From Candidatus Thalassarchaeaceae archaeon (lineage in GTDB: Archaea > Thermoplasmatota > Poseidoniia > Poseidoniales > Thalassarchaeaceae): a DNA stretch of 64,000 bases. The notes under the pieces are model-generated. The model saw nothing but the letters and a program-made list of their open reading frames with translations, was not told where the DNA came from and did not search any database. This document shows positions 40,176 through 50,161 of this stretch, in pieces. The position numbers and the translations under genes were made by a program. The number at the start of each line of letters is the position of its first letter. Position 1 is the stretch's first letter. The stretch is taken from positions 66,809-130,808 of the forward strand of contig JBJLBO010000004.1 of the NCBI GenBank assembly GCA_045568115.1. Direction: 5' to 3'.

Positions 40176-40619
40176 ATGGAAGAATATTTGATAGCAGAAG
40201 CACATTGCGATGGACCTTGTGGAGTATATGACCCTGCGAGTGCTAGAATAGCAGCCGAGGCAGTACAATCGATGACCAAAAAAATGGTAGCATTAGAGAA
40301 TCCTATGTCGAATGGTAATGATGGACAATTTGTTGCTTATCTGAACACAATGTCTCGATATGCAGCAATTAAGGAAGAAGAAGCCCAGAAGTGTAAGGAC
40401 GAACTATTAGTCCTATGGACGGATTTCTTCAAGCCGCAACACCTTGAAGCTAATCCAAATCTTCATGATACATTCTGGCAAGCAGCTAAGTTGTGCAGTG
40501 CATGTAAAGTTGAGGTTTCAGAACAACACGCACAAGAACTGATGGATGCAGTTGAGGCAATCCACAACGTTTTCTGGGCAACTAAAGGTCGGGATGTTCC
40601 ATGGATTCGGGCTTCATGA
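40176..40619 (+). CDS. sodN: Nickel-containing superoxide dismutase precursor (Ni-SOD)
   Basis: 9-aa propeptide MEEYLIAEA followed by the Ni-hook HCDGPCGVYDPA; remaining four-helix-bundle region is collinear with Streptomyces SodN. Confidence 0.9.
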   Translation: MEEYLIAEAHCDGPCGVYDPASARIAAEAVQSMTKKMVALENPMSNGNDGQFVAYLNTMSRYAAIKEEEAQKCKDELLVLWTDFFKPQHLEANPNLHDTFWQAAKLCSACKVEVSEQHAQELMDAVEAIHNVFWATKGRDVPWIRAS

Positions 40620-40903
40620 AAGTAAAAGTCACTGGCAGCTCAATGTGGCCTACTTTAGTTGATGGCGAAATTGCTAAGTTTGAAAAAGAAGGAAATATTG
40701 ATTATTTAGAAGGACAAATAATTCTTGCAAAACATCCTTTGAAATCAGAATTACTAATGATAAAAAGAATTCACTCAATTAATGAGGAAGGAATCTTCCT
40801 AGTCGGGGATAATCCAGACCCTACTGCTAGCGAAGATAGTCATAACTTTGGCCGTATTAGCGAAAATGAAATCATTGGCAAATATGTAACAATTGAGACT
40901 TGA
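40616..40903 (+). CDS. sodX: SodX, S26/S24-like signal-peptidase-family maturation protease for Ni-SOD
   Basis: GSSMWPTL catalytic Ser box and KR (MIKRIH) box; ATG overlaps the sodN stop (ATGA); 95 aa. Confidence 0.8.
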   Translation: MKVKVTGSSMWPTLVDGEIAKFEKEGNIDYLEGQIILAKHPLKSELLMIKRIHSINEEGIFLVGDNPDPTASEDSHNFGRISENEIIGKYVTIET

Positions 40904-40943
40904 AGAGTGAAATATTGATGATGCGGATTACACTCAATGTCAC

Positions 40944-41909
40944 ATGGCGCGAATCGCTGTAACTGATGGGATGGATTCAAGGGCCATTCAGAACCTAGTA
41001 GAGATGGGGCATGAAGTAATAGAAAAGCACTATTCAAAGGAAGAACTAGAAAAAGGTGCTTTAGCCAAATTCGATGCCGTGGTTGTTAGAAGTGCAACGA
41101 AAATGACGTCAGAGGTCATAGCTGCCTCAGATGCTTTGACTTTTATTGGCAGAGGAGGAGTAGGGGTAGACAATATTGACATAGAGGCTGCAACAAGTCA
41201 TGAAATGGTTGTCTGCAACACTCCAAGGGCATCAACACATAGTGTAGTCGAGTTAACTATCGGGCACCTACTTACATCTTGCCGGCACATCACACGAGGC
41301 GACAGGGGGCTACGTTCTGGATTATGGGAAAAAAAATTACTTCGAGGGTCGGAACTTTCTGGGAAAAGATTGGGCTTTATTGGATTTGGAAGAATTGCAC
41401 AAGGTGTTGCTAATATTTCTAATGCGTTTGGTATGGAATGCCATGCATATGACCCCTACCTACCCAAAGAAATTGCAAAACAATTTAATTGTACACTCCA
41501 TGATGATGTTGATTCAATTTTTAGTTTATGCACACACATTACTATTCATTGCAACCTATCAGAGGAAACACATCATCTGGTAAATAAAGACCGAATTGAC
41601 ATGATGTCCGGTGTTGGAGCAGACGGTGTTACTTGTGGAAATCACATTGTTAATTGTGCACGAGGCGGTATTGTTGACGAAAATGCTGTGCTTTCTGCAT
41701 TAGAATCGGGTCAACTCATGACTGCCGCTCTCGATGTTTTTGAAGTAGAACCGGCCGGAAATAATCCTCTATTACAGCATCAGAATTTTCATGGGACACC
41801 GCATATTGGAGCAGCAACTGCTGAATCCCAATCGCGCATAGGTAGTGAAATGGTGACACTTCTGACAGATCATTTCGACGGTTTGAAACCACATTCTGCG
41901 CTTAATTGA
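40944..41909 (+). CDS. D-isomer-specific 2-hydroxyacid dehydrogenase (D-3-phosphoglycerate dehydrogenase-like, no ACT domain)
   Basis: GFIGFGRIAQ Rossmann motif, catalytic R/E/H arrangement; 321 aa. Confidence 0.75.
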   Translation: MARIAVTDGMDSRAIQNLVEMGHEVIEKHYSKEELEKGALAKFDAVVVRSATKMTSEVIAASDALTFIGRGGVGVDNIDIEAATSHEMVVCNTPRASTHSVVELTIGHLLTSCRHITRGDRGLRSGLWEKKLLRGSELSGKRLGFIGFGRIAQGVANISNAFGMECHAYDPYLPKEIAKQFNCTLHDDVDSIFSLCTHITIHCNLSEETHHLVNKDRIDMMSGVGADGVTCGNHIVNCARGGIVDENAVLSALESGQLMTAALDVFEVEPAGNNPLLQHQNFHGTPHIGAATAESQSRIGSEMVTLLTDHFDGLKPHSALN

Positions 41910-42935
41910 ACGCTGTACTTTATTGCCTAAACCCGTATTTCAACACGATGAGGGCTTTCGTCACAGGGGCTACTGGCCACGTCGGCGGGAATCTAGTAAG
42001 AGAATTGCTTGATCGTGACTACGATGTAAAGTGTCTAGTTCGCTCAGACATTCGTGCTCTTGAAAATTTAGACGTGAACCTCGTCAAAGGAGACCTTCTA
42101 GATAGTAATTCATTGCAACCACTAATGAGTGACTGTGATGTCGTTTTTCACGCAGCCGCATTCGTCGCGGTCGAGAAAGTCCAAGAAGAACTAATGCGAA
42201 AAATCAACGTCGGCGGCAGCACCGCTGTAGCCAATGCCGCCGTAGAAGCTGGAGTCCCCAAGATGATTCATTTCTCGAGCGTCCACGCCTTCAGCCAACA
42301 CCCAACAAATCAACCCCTCACAGAAGACCGGTCCACTAGTCACCGACCCAAAGGCCGCCCCCTACGACCGAACCAAAGCTGAAGCCCAAAGGGCTGTTCT
42401 CTCGCACAGAGAACAAGGACTACACATCAACATAGTTCACCCCACAGGAATAATCGGCCCTCAAGATTTCAAGCCCAGTAGAATGGGCAAAGTTTTGACG
42501 GACATCGCCAATGGATCAATGCCATTCGCCCTCAATAACGGTTTCAACTGGGTCGATGTCCGAGATGTCTGTCGCAGTGCTGCGAATTGCGTCGATTCCG
42601 GCAAAGATGGCCAACACTACTTACTTCCTGGAACCTGGGCGTCGATGCCCGATTTATCACACATGGTGAGGAAAGTAATTGGGCGGAGAACCCACATTGC
42701 CACACTTCCATTCTGGACTGCATACCTCGCTCTACCTTTCGCAGCCCTATCATCCTCAATCACAGGCAAGAGACCTTCATTCAGCAGGGGGAGCCTTCAT
42801 GCACTTGCCGTCCAGTGCAGGGATATTCCAGGGGACCTCGCTCGAGATCAAATTGACCACAAATCAAGACCTCTCGAACAAACAATATTTGATTCTGTTA
42901 ATTGGTTGAAGGAACATGGACAGGTAAGGATCTAA
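41906..42935 (+). CDS. NAD-dependent epimerase/dehydratase (SDR-extended) family protein, interrupted by an apparent +1 frameshift near 42320-42340
   Basis: TGATGHVGGNL Rossmann motif in frame A (41906..42382); catalytic YxxxK (PYDRTKAEAQ) and C-terminal domain in frame B (ORF 42483..42935), whose frame is open back to ~42291. Confidence 0.6.
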
Positions 42936-43717
42936 TGCGACAAGAACTGCAATTTCTATTTGTCAGCGAATCGGATTATCGATTGATATCGTTATTTTGG
43001 ATTGGTCTCGCAATTGCAGTTCTTGTCACTTTGTTATTCTTCCGCGCGCCTTACGGACGGCATGAAAGAAAGGGTTGGGGCGTAAGGATTTCAGCCAGAA
43101 CTGGTTGGGTTCTTATGGAAACGATTCCAGCCGTCTTCCTTTCTGTGATGCTTATACTTGGTTCAAACAGAGAACCTGTCATCTGGCTATTCTGGGCAGC
43201 GTGGACTGGTCACTACATCAACAGGGCTTGGGATTGGCCTACACGCGCTCGTATTTCAGGTAAGATGATGCCACTTAGTATCGTCTTCATGGGCCTATTC
43301 TTCAATGGTGTCAACACATGGTTGAATGGAATTTGGTTATTTGAGTTAGCACCAAATTATGGTCTCGAGTGGATGATGGATCCTCGATTCATTATTGGTG
43401 CTATAATTTTCTTTACCGGTATGATCATCAACATCAAATCAGACAATATTCTCTTTGCTCTACGCGATGATGGTTCTACAGGATACAAAATCCCGAGAGG
43501 GGGGTTATTCGATAAGGTGTCATGCCCAAATTATCTTGGAGAAATCATCGAATGGACTGGTTGGGCAATCGCTACTTGGTCGCTTGCAGGTGCGACATTT
43601 GCAATATGGACAATGTGTAATCTCGCCCCACGTGCGATTTCCCATCATAAATGGTACAAAGAAGAATTTAGTGACTATCCTAGGGACAGGAAGGCACTAA
43701 TCCCTTGGATTCTATAA
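42935..43717 (+). CDS. 3-oxo-5-alpha-steroid 4-dehydrogenase (SRD5A/polyprenol-reductase-like) family membrane protein
   Basis: C-terminal GGLFDKVSCPNYLGEIIEWTGWA signature; start taken as ATG 42935 (TAATG overlap with upstream stop). Confidence 0.65.
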   Translation: MRQELQFLFVSESDYRLISLFWIGLAIAVLVTLLFFRAPYGRHERKGWGVRISARTGWVLMETIPAVFLSVMLILGSNREPVIWLFWAAWTGHYINRAWDWPTRARISGKMMPLSIVFMGLFFNGVNTWLNGIWLFELAPNYGLEWMMDPRFIIGAIIFFTGMIINIKSDNILFALRDDGSTGYKIPRGGLFDKVSCPNYLGEIIEWTGWAIATWSLAGATFAIWTMCNLAPRAISHHKWYKEEFSDYPRDRKALIPWIL

Positions 43718-46213
43718 TCAAACGATTTTATGCATTCTTACTAATGAATCCGAGAGTAATGAAATTTCATCTGGTATTAATATATTAGAGATTTCTGAAT
43801 TTAATGAAATCCCAATTTCTTTCTTTTGTCGCCAGACATTCGAATTAAATTCCATTATTGAATCAGAAAGAGACATCCATCCATCCATATCTAAATCATC
43901 AGTAATTTTCTTCTTCAGCCTAGGGAAATTTTCAATTTCTGTTGAAGATTTACCATATAATGTAGTAGATAGATGATGAGTGAAGAATGGGCATATCGGG
44001 GAAAAGGTGGTTAATGTGTCGCGGACAATACGATGTATTGTCCAAGCAGCAGCAGCATCATCTTCGTAAAGTCTAGATTTCACCATTTCAAGCCAATGAC
44101 TAGGGAATATTCCGGTAGAGAAATTTTTGATTGATTGCGCAGCATTGTAGATGTCAATATTTTTCCATGATTTTTCGACATTGACCATCATGCTATTGAA
44201 CTCGGAGAGAATCCATTTGTCTTCGGGGTGTAATTCCTCAGAGAGAGTCTCAAGATCATCAGGTACTTCGAACTGACTAGCAAACCTAGCCACATTGAAT
44301 ATTTTTGTAAGAACACCGAAATATTTCTGCTCAATCTCTTCAGGGTTAATATGGAAATCATCACCAACTTGCGCGTCACAGGCTTTCCATAATCTGAAAC
44401 ATTCTGAACCTATTTTATTCGCCTTCAATTGTACTGATTTATCTGGCCCTCGAATCTTCCAAGAACCAGTTCTACCTTGAGCTCCGCATTCGAGAACCGA
44501 ATCAGCATCGATTCCGTTACCTAGAGATTTGGACATTTTCCGACCCCATGGATCCATACCTAAACCATCAATCCAAATATGTTCAAATCCAGGCTTATCA
44601 AGAAGAAGAGTACTCTTGAGTAAAGTGTAATACAGCCAAGTCCGAACAATCTCTTTTCCTTGAGGGCGGATGCCAGTAGGGAAAGATTTGGAAAATACTT
44701 CATCATCATCCAGATACCCTGAAACAAATAGATTAGAATTAGAAGAATCCATCCAAGTATCAAACACCTTTTCCTCACCTATAATATCACCAATAGAATC
44801 TTTCAAATCATCCCAAGAACCGACGTCCTCACGAGAGGCGCGATTCAATACTCTGCTACCTGAGGGAGGAGATTGCCTCCATGGTTGAACATAGACGCCA
44901 GATGGAGGTACAATAACACACATATCGTCAGCAGAGTACCATATTGGCACCTCAGTATGGTACCAACGTCGCCTACTGATTGGCCAATCAATACTGATAT
45001 TATCCATCCAATCAATGAGGTACTGTTTGTTTCGAGGGGGATGAAATTGGATAAGGTCAACTAATTCTTTCATTCGGTCTTGAATATGAGTTTGACGCAC
45101 ATACCATTCCTTTAAGAGAATAATTTCTACAGGATTTTTTCCCCGCTCACTTACAGGAACTTCCTGTTCTTTTTCGACTATCGAAGTTATCCTTTCATCT
45201 TCTTGAAGGTCTTCTATAACCTTCGCGCGAGCATCATTCACTGAAAGTCCACAATATGGACCAGAAACCTCAGTCATACACCCATCTAAATCAATTGCTT
45301 GAAATGGTGCTAACCCTAATTCTCGGAACACAGCAACATCATTTTGATCACCGTATGAACAAACCATTAGTACGCCAGAGCCAAACTCTGATTTCACGGA
45401 ATGATGAGTTGCTATTTCAACAGATTTTGAACGTCCAGAAGTTTGGACGGGGAGATGAATTTTCTTACCGACCAAATGTTTGTATCGTTCATCATCCGGA
45501 TGAACTACAACAATACCACAGGCACAAATTAACTCCGGGCGAGTTGTCGAAATGATAACTTCATGACCGTCTTCAGTACTCCATTTAACATCGATAAGTT
45601 GTGTTTTCCGTTGCAATCTTTCAACTTCGGCATCAGCTATTGTTGTCCCTTCGACGGGATCATAAATATTAGGACGCAGGTCCTCAACAATGTCACCGCG
45701 CTTGAATAAATCCACAAAAATTGATTGAGATACACCTCTATATTCGGGGGAATCAGTGAGATACTCTTTATCGAAATCACAAGATAGTCCCACTCGTGCA
45801 GCAGTATTTCTCATCGCCTGTGTATACTCTTCAATAGTTTCTTTGCATAACTCGAGGAACTCCGCACGATCATAGGTTTTCATTTTCCGCCCAGTGTTTT
45901 TCTCAACAGTGAATTCGATATTGATTCCATTTCTATCAACGCCCCAAGGAAAATATACTTCTTTACCGAGTAAACGCTGGCTACGAGCAATTACATCAAT
46001 CATCGAATATTGAGCGACGGCTCCAATATGCCATGTTCCACTTGGATAGGGAGGGGGAGTATCTACAACAAAAATTTCTTTGCCTGAATTTGGATTGAAT
46101 GAATAACGCTTTGAGTAAACATCTGAATCTGCATAATGCTCCTCTTGAATACGCTTTTCAAGATCAATTGTCCATCTCTTTTCATCAATGGTAGGTTTTC
46201 CCATAATGTCCAC
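43718..46213 (-). CDS. valS: Valyl-tRNA synthetase (archaeal type)
   Basis: TPPPYPSGTWHIG (archaeal ValRS HIGH region), FPWGVDRNG, KMSKSLGN; 831 aa. Confidence 0.8.
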   Translation of the reverse strand: MDIMGKPTIDEKRWTIDLEKRIQEEHYADSDVYSKRYSFNPNSGKEIFVVDTPPPYPSGTWHIGAVAQYSMIDVIARSQRLLGKEVYFPWGVDRNGINIEFTVEKNTGRKMKTYDRAEFLELCKETIEEYTQAMRNTAARVGLSCDFDKEYLTDSPEYRGVSQSIFVDLFKRGDIVEDLRPNIYDPVEGTTIADAEVERLQRKTQLIDVKWSTEDGHEVIISTTRPELICACGIVVVHPDDERYKHLVGKKIHLPVQTSGRSKSVEIATHHSVKSEFGSGVLMVCSYGDQNDVAVFRELGLAPFQAIDLDGCMTEVSGPYCGLSVNDARAKVIEDLQEDERITSIVEKEQEVPVSERGKNPVEIILLKEWYVRQTHIQDRMKELVDLIQFHPPRNKQYLIDWMDNISIDWPISRRRWYHTEVPIWYSADDMCVIVPPSGVYVQPWRQSPPSGSRVLNRASREDVGSWDDLKDSIGDIIGEEKVFDTWMDSSNSNLFVSGYLDDDEVFSKSFPTGIRPQGKEIVRTWLYYTLLKSTLLLDKPGFEHIWIDGLGMDPWGRKMSKSLGNGIDADSVLECGAQGRTGSWKIRGPDKSVQLKANKIGSECFRLWKACDAQVGDDFHINPEEIEQKYFGVLTKIFNVARFASQFEVPDDLETLSEELHPEDKWILSEFNSMMVNVEKSWKNIDIYNAAQSIKNFSTGIFPSHWLEMVKSRLYEDDAAAAWTIHRIVRDTLTTFSPICPFFTHHLSTTLYGKSSTEIENFPRLKKKITDDLDMDGWMSLSDSIMEFNSNVWRQKKEIGISLNSEISNILIPDEISLLSDSLVRMHKIV

Positions 46214-46305
46214 CAGCGTTTAGGATATGTCTGCGGCTAATACACTTCATTCTTGACCGTTCCCGCTAAAGACGCACCCTCACTAATGTTATTGGAATCT
46301 AAACT

Positions 46306-49300
46306 ATGTTCCGTCGGGTTCAAGTCCCGACTGTATGCACAACCATGTTAGGTGATGGCGTGAGCGGTATCGGCGATGAGGACGATAAAGGCAACATCGC
46401 CCAGAAAGTTATGGGTAAGGCTAAATCAATTGTTAGTGGTGCTGTAACCAACATAGATGGGCATGATAAGGATTTTTTACGAACTAAATCAAGAGTTATG
46501 AAAAATAAATTCAGTAGGATTTCAGCACGAATGGATGCGACAGAGTTGCTAACAAAATTCCCAGCATTTACTGTGGTTTTATGTCTTGTAGTTACTGGAT
46601 TTTTCTCAATAGAATCTGGAATAATAGATTGTAGAGATGGATTTTGCCCATTCCCTGATAAAGAACCTTCAATGAATGTCAATGGGGATTTGGAAGTTTA
46701 TCTTCCTCAAGATTCCCCTATCTCTGCACTACTTGCAGATGTTCAACTAGATTGGACTACAAATGTCATGGTAATTTATGTTGAATCTGAAAATGGTAAT
46801 GTTACGGCTGTAGATGATCCAAAAACCCCTGAAGTTAATGATGGCGTCCTTAAACAGATAGACAAGGTGGAAAACAAAATCAACCCGAATAGGGACGATG
46901 GTGGAGTAGATAACGTAATTTATGTTCTTTCAATTTCGACTGTTGTTAAGGAAGTTAATTCCAGTGCTGGACGAGTTGCGATCTCATTCGGTTCTGCAAT
47001 TTCGGAAGCAATAGGTGACGATACAATTTCTGAGATGATTAATGAATCAGTAAATGAAAATCCTGACCTTGTGGGAAATTACGCAATTCCCGATGAACAA
47101 GATAGAGTTGATCGGATACTACGTGAACTGCCACAAAATGCTCTAGACAAATTAGTTAGAGATGTAGGCAGAGCAGGTGTAGCAGAACAAGCAAATTATT
47201 GGAATAGAGCAGTAATAATTATTGGAATATCGGATGAATTAAAAAATGAGTCAGGCACTACACTTTCTATATCTCAATTGATTGAGCAAACTCAAAATGA
47301 TATCAATCAAATAGCGGAAGATAATGATTGGGAATCAAAGAACCTGACAATGACACTGACAGGACCTGTTCCAATCACAAATGCAGTAACAGAAGAGTCA
47401 TTCAATCTATTCTGGACGGTGTTCCCTGTAGGAGTAATACTGGTCGCATTTGGTTTATTTTTATTCCATTGTGACCTGTTACAAACTGGCCGTATTAGAT
47501 TTGTTCAAGGGATAAAAGTAGTCATAATTTCAGGCTTACCTACTCTTTGCTCGGTATGGATTACTATGGGAATAATTGGTTGGACTGACTATGAAGTAAC
47601 CATGACTGTAATTATAGTTGGACCTATTATCCTTGCTTTAGGCGTATCTTATGGACTCCATATTACCAATCGCTATGCTGAAGCAAAAGGAACACCTCAA
47701 GAAAAAATGAAAATAGCTCTTTCATCAACAGGAAGGGCTGTATTACTTTCAGCTGTAACTACAGTGATTGGATTTATTTCTCTAGTCACCACTCCTATGG
47801 CTCCTATACAAACAGTAGGATATTCACTTGCAATGGGAATTGTTGTTGTATATATTATGACTATGGTAATGGTGCCCAACCTGACAATGTTACTAGATCT
47901 GAAAAAACCGTCTCACCCCCCCCCTGAAATCTTCGTTAAGGCTGTTACATTTCCAATAAACTGGACAAAAGTAACTATTGCAGTATTTATCAGTTTGATG
48001 TTAATTTCTTCTGTTTATAGCCGAGAACAAGTAGAAGAGAATATTGATCTTCTTGACATGGCACCTCAGAATGTTGAAGCAGTAGCGAAGATGAAAACTT
48101 ATTCAGATGAATTTGAGGCTGGGCAACCAGGATTCTTATTGATAGAAGAAGACGTTAGTGCTTCTGCAGAATTATTGAGTTCCAATTTCCAAGACATGAA
48201 TGACCCCTATGAGAACCTCAAAGGGATAGAAGATTTAGAAGAAAAATGCAACACAATAAATCAGACTACTGCGGTATCTATTGTGTTTCTAATGAAAGCA
48301 GTTGCAGTAGGTGTGAACATTTCTGGCGATTCAATTAATGATCCAATCCAAGAGAATGAAATAATTCCAGACGAAATTAAAGATGTGGCTGATATTGTAT
48401 TCAACAGAGAAGCATCTGGGAACGGGTCATTTTGGTGGGCTCTTTCTGTACTTGATCAACAACCATCAGGAGGAGTCCAGGAACAAAACTTCCTAATTAA
48501 CGTATTTTACAACAGTATGACTAAAGAAATGAGAGAATTTTTCATATCGGAAAATTATAAGAGAAGTTTAATCTACATAGATATGCCATTCATGGATGTA
48601 CAAAGAACAGAAGCAGCAGTAAATATGGTCAATTCATTTGCCGGCGATGGAAGTTCTGTAGATGTTAAAGATGATACTTTAGTTGGTGTTGCAGCTGTAA
48701 CAATAGAAGTCAACGAATTGATTGTTAAATCCCAATGGAATTCTCTCGGCTTCGCTCTTTTATTCACTGTTTTTACCCTAGGGCTTGTGTTCAGTTCAGC
48801 TAAATATGCCATATTAACAACTCTACCTGTCGCATTCACGGTTTTCATGCAATGGTTAGTCATGGATATGAATGATACGAGTCTCTCTTTAGTTACTGTA
48901 ATGATTGGTTCAATACTTGTGGGCGTAGGTGTTGATTTCTCAATTCACATTGCTAATCGGGTCCGTGAATTGGGAGGTTCCTTAGACGCAATTAGAATAG
49001 CGTGCGCTAGTACTGGGATGAGTCTATTTGAGGCTGCAACGGTTACTGCATTAGGGATGACTTGCGCATATCTAATCGACATTCCTGCAATAGTACCTTT
49101 CGTTACTGTGATCATTATTCTATTGGTATTAGCGGCCATATCTGCATTATTTTTGCTACCAGCAATCTATTCTTTACTCGTTAAAGCTAACATCTCATTA
49201 TCAGGTGGTTCATCTTCAATGGCTAGAGCCGCAGGACTTAGAAGAACATTAACTAGAGAAGAAGATGGATTAATTGATGCTACCCTTGTTATGGAAAATG

Positions 49301-49317
49301 TAGGAGAGGCTTGGTGA
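46306..49317 (+). CDS. RND-superfamily/MMPL-like exporter (two 6-TM bundles each preceded by a large extracytoplasmic domain)
   Basis: 1003 aa; duplicated topology with hydrophobic clusters at ~aa 365-520 and ~820-960. Confidence 0.65.
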   Translation: MFRRVQVPTVCTTMLGDGVSGIGDEDDKGNIAQKVMGKAKSIVSGAVTNIDGHDKDFLRTKSRVMKNKFSRISARMDATELLTKFPAFTVVLCLVVTGFFSIESGIIDCRDGFCPFPDKEPSMNVNGDLEVYLPQDSPISALLADVQLDWTTNVMVIYVESENGNVTAVDDPKTPEVNDGVLKQIDKVENKINPNRDDGGVDNVIYVLSISTVVKEVNSSAGRVAISFGSAISEAIGDDTISEMINESVNENPDLVGNYAIPDEQDRVDRILRELPQNALDKLVRDVGRAGVAEQANYWNRAVIIIGISDELKNESGTTLSISQLIEQTQNDINQIAEDNDWESKNLTMTLTGPVPITNAVTEESFNLFWTVFPVGVILVAFGLFLFHCDLLQTGRIRFVQGIKVVIISGLPTLCSVWITMGIIGWTDYEVTMTVIIVGPIILALGVSYGLHITNRYAEAKGTPQEKMKIALSSTGRAVLLSAVTTVIGFISLVTTPMAPIQTVGYSLAMGIVVVYIMTMVMVPNLTMLLDLKKPSHPPPEIFVKAVTFPINWTKVTIAVFISLMLISSVYSREQVEENIDLLDMAPQNVEAVAKMKTYSDEFEAGQPGFLLIEEDVSASAELLSSNFQDMNDPYENLKGIEDLEEKCNTINQTTAVSIVFLMKAVAVGVNISGDSINDPIQENEIIPDEIKDVADIVFNREASGNGSFWWALSVLDQQPSGGVQEQNFLINVFYNSMTKEMREFFISENYKRSLIYIDMPFMDVQRTEAAVNMVNSFAGDGSSVDVKDDTLVGVAAVTIEVNELIVKSQWNSLGFALLFTVFTLGLVFSSAKYAILTTLPVAFTVFMQWLVMDMNDTSLSLVTVMIGSILVGVGVDFSIHIANRVRELGGSLDAIRIACASTGMSLFEAATVTALGMTCAYLIDIPAIVPFVTVIIILLVLAAISALFLLPAIYSLLVKANISLSGGSSSMARAAGLRRTLTREEDGLIDATLVMENVGEAW

Positions 49318-49319
49318 AG

Positions 49320-49793
49320 ATGGCAAATCATTGGTTGATGAAAAGTGAACCTCACGTTTACCCGTGGGAACAACTAGTAGAAGACGGTTCGACTCATTGG
49401 GATGGTGTTCGCAATTATCAAGCAAGAAATATAATGCGAGATAAAATGAAGAAAGGTGATTTGGTTTTCTTCTATCACTCAAATTGCAAACCTCCACATA
49501 TAGCAGGCATCGCTAAAGTTTGCAAAGAGGCATATCCAGATTTCACCGCTCAAGACCCTAAATCAAAATATTTTGATCCAAAAGCATCTCCAGAAAATCC
49601 GAGATGGATGATGGTTGATATTGAGCCAATACTAAAAATAGGTCCAATAGGGTTACCTGAACTAAAAGAAAATCCCGCCTTGGAGGGAATGCCATTATTA
49701 CAACGAGGTCAAAGACTCTCTGTGCAACCAGTTTCTCCAGAACATTTCTCAATTGTTTGTAAAATGGCTGGAATAAAAAATCCACCTAAATAG
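49320..49793 (+). CDS. EVE (PUA-like) domain protein
   Basis: MANHWLMKSEP...DGVRNYQARNIMRDKMKKGDLVFFYHS conserved EVE core; 157 aa. Confidence 0.75.
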   Translation: MANHWLMKSEPHVYPWEQLVEDGSTHWDGVRNYQARNIMRDKMKKGDLVFFYHSNCKPPHIAGIAKVCKEAYPDFTAQDPKSKYFDPKASPENPRWMMVDIEPILKIGPIGLPELKENPALEGMPLLQRGQRLSVQPVSPEHFSIVCKMAGIKNPPK

Positions 49794-49794
49794 G

Positions 49795-50115
49795 TGGGCG
49801 TGTCCTCGGTGGACGCTCGTCACCAACATCGAATTTCATCGATCTCCTCCGCCCCGCAATCCCAAGGCATCCAGCATCCCCGGTCGGGCTGCTCGCTTCC
49901 GCGCCTGACCTGATTCCCGGGCGTAAGACGGGCCTCGCTTCCCTCCGGAAGCGACCTCCGCCAACCTGCATCTCTTGGGGGCGAGGCATCGACGTTAACC
50001 AATGGATCATTGCTGGCTCGTCTGCGCCGCCCTCGGACTTCAGGTCACCATTATCGACGATTTGTGAATGATAGAGCACGTCAACACTCCCCCTAGCCCA
50101 ACTACCCCTAGGGTC
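49795..50115 (-). ncRNA. ffs: Signal recognition particle RNA (7S/SRP RNA)
   Basis: ~320-nt GC-rich island in an AT-rich genome; minus strand carries CAGGTCAGGCGCGGAAGCGAGCAGCC (49887-49912), matching the conserved SRP domain IV/helix 8 motif CAGGUCAGG..GGAAG.AGCAGCC; exact ends not determined. Confidence 0.6.
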
Positions 50116-50161
50116 CGTTACCTAAGAACAACACGCTAATGCAAAAGTATTGATTATTGAG

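Noticed and set aside
49786-50079. 97-aa and 60-aa ORFs inside the GC-rich island
   Set aside because: Translations are Arg/Gly/Pro-rich with no protein-like character, and the region matches the SRP RNA helix-8 motif on the minus strand. It is called as ncRNA instead.
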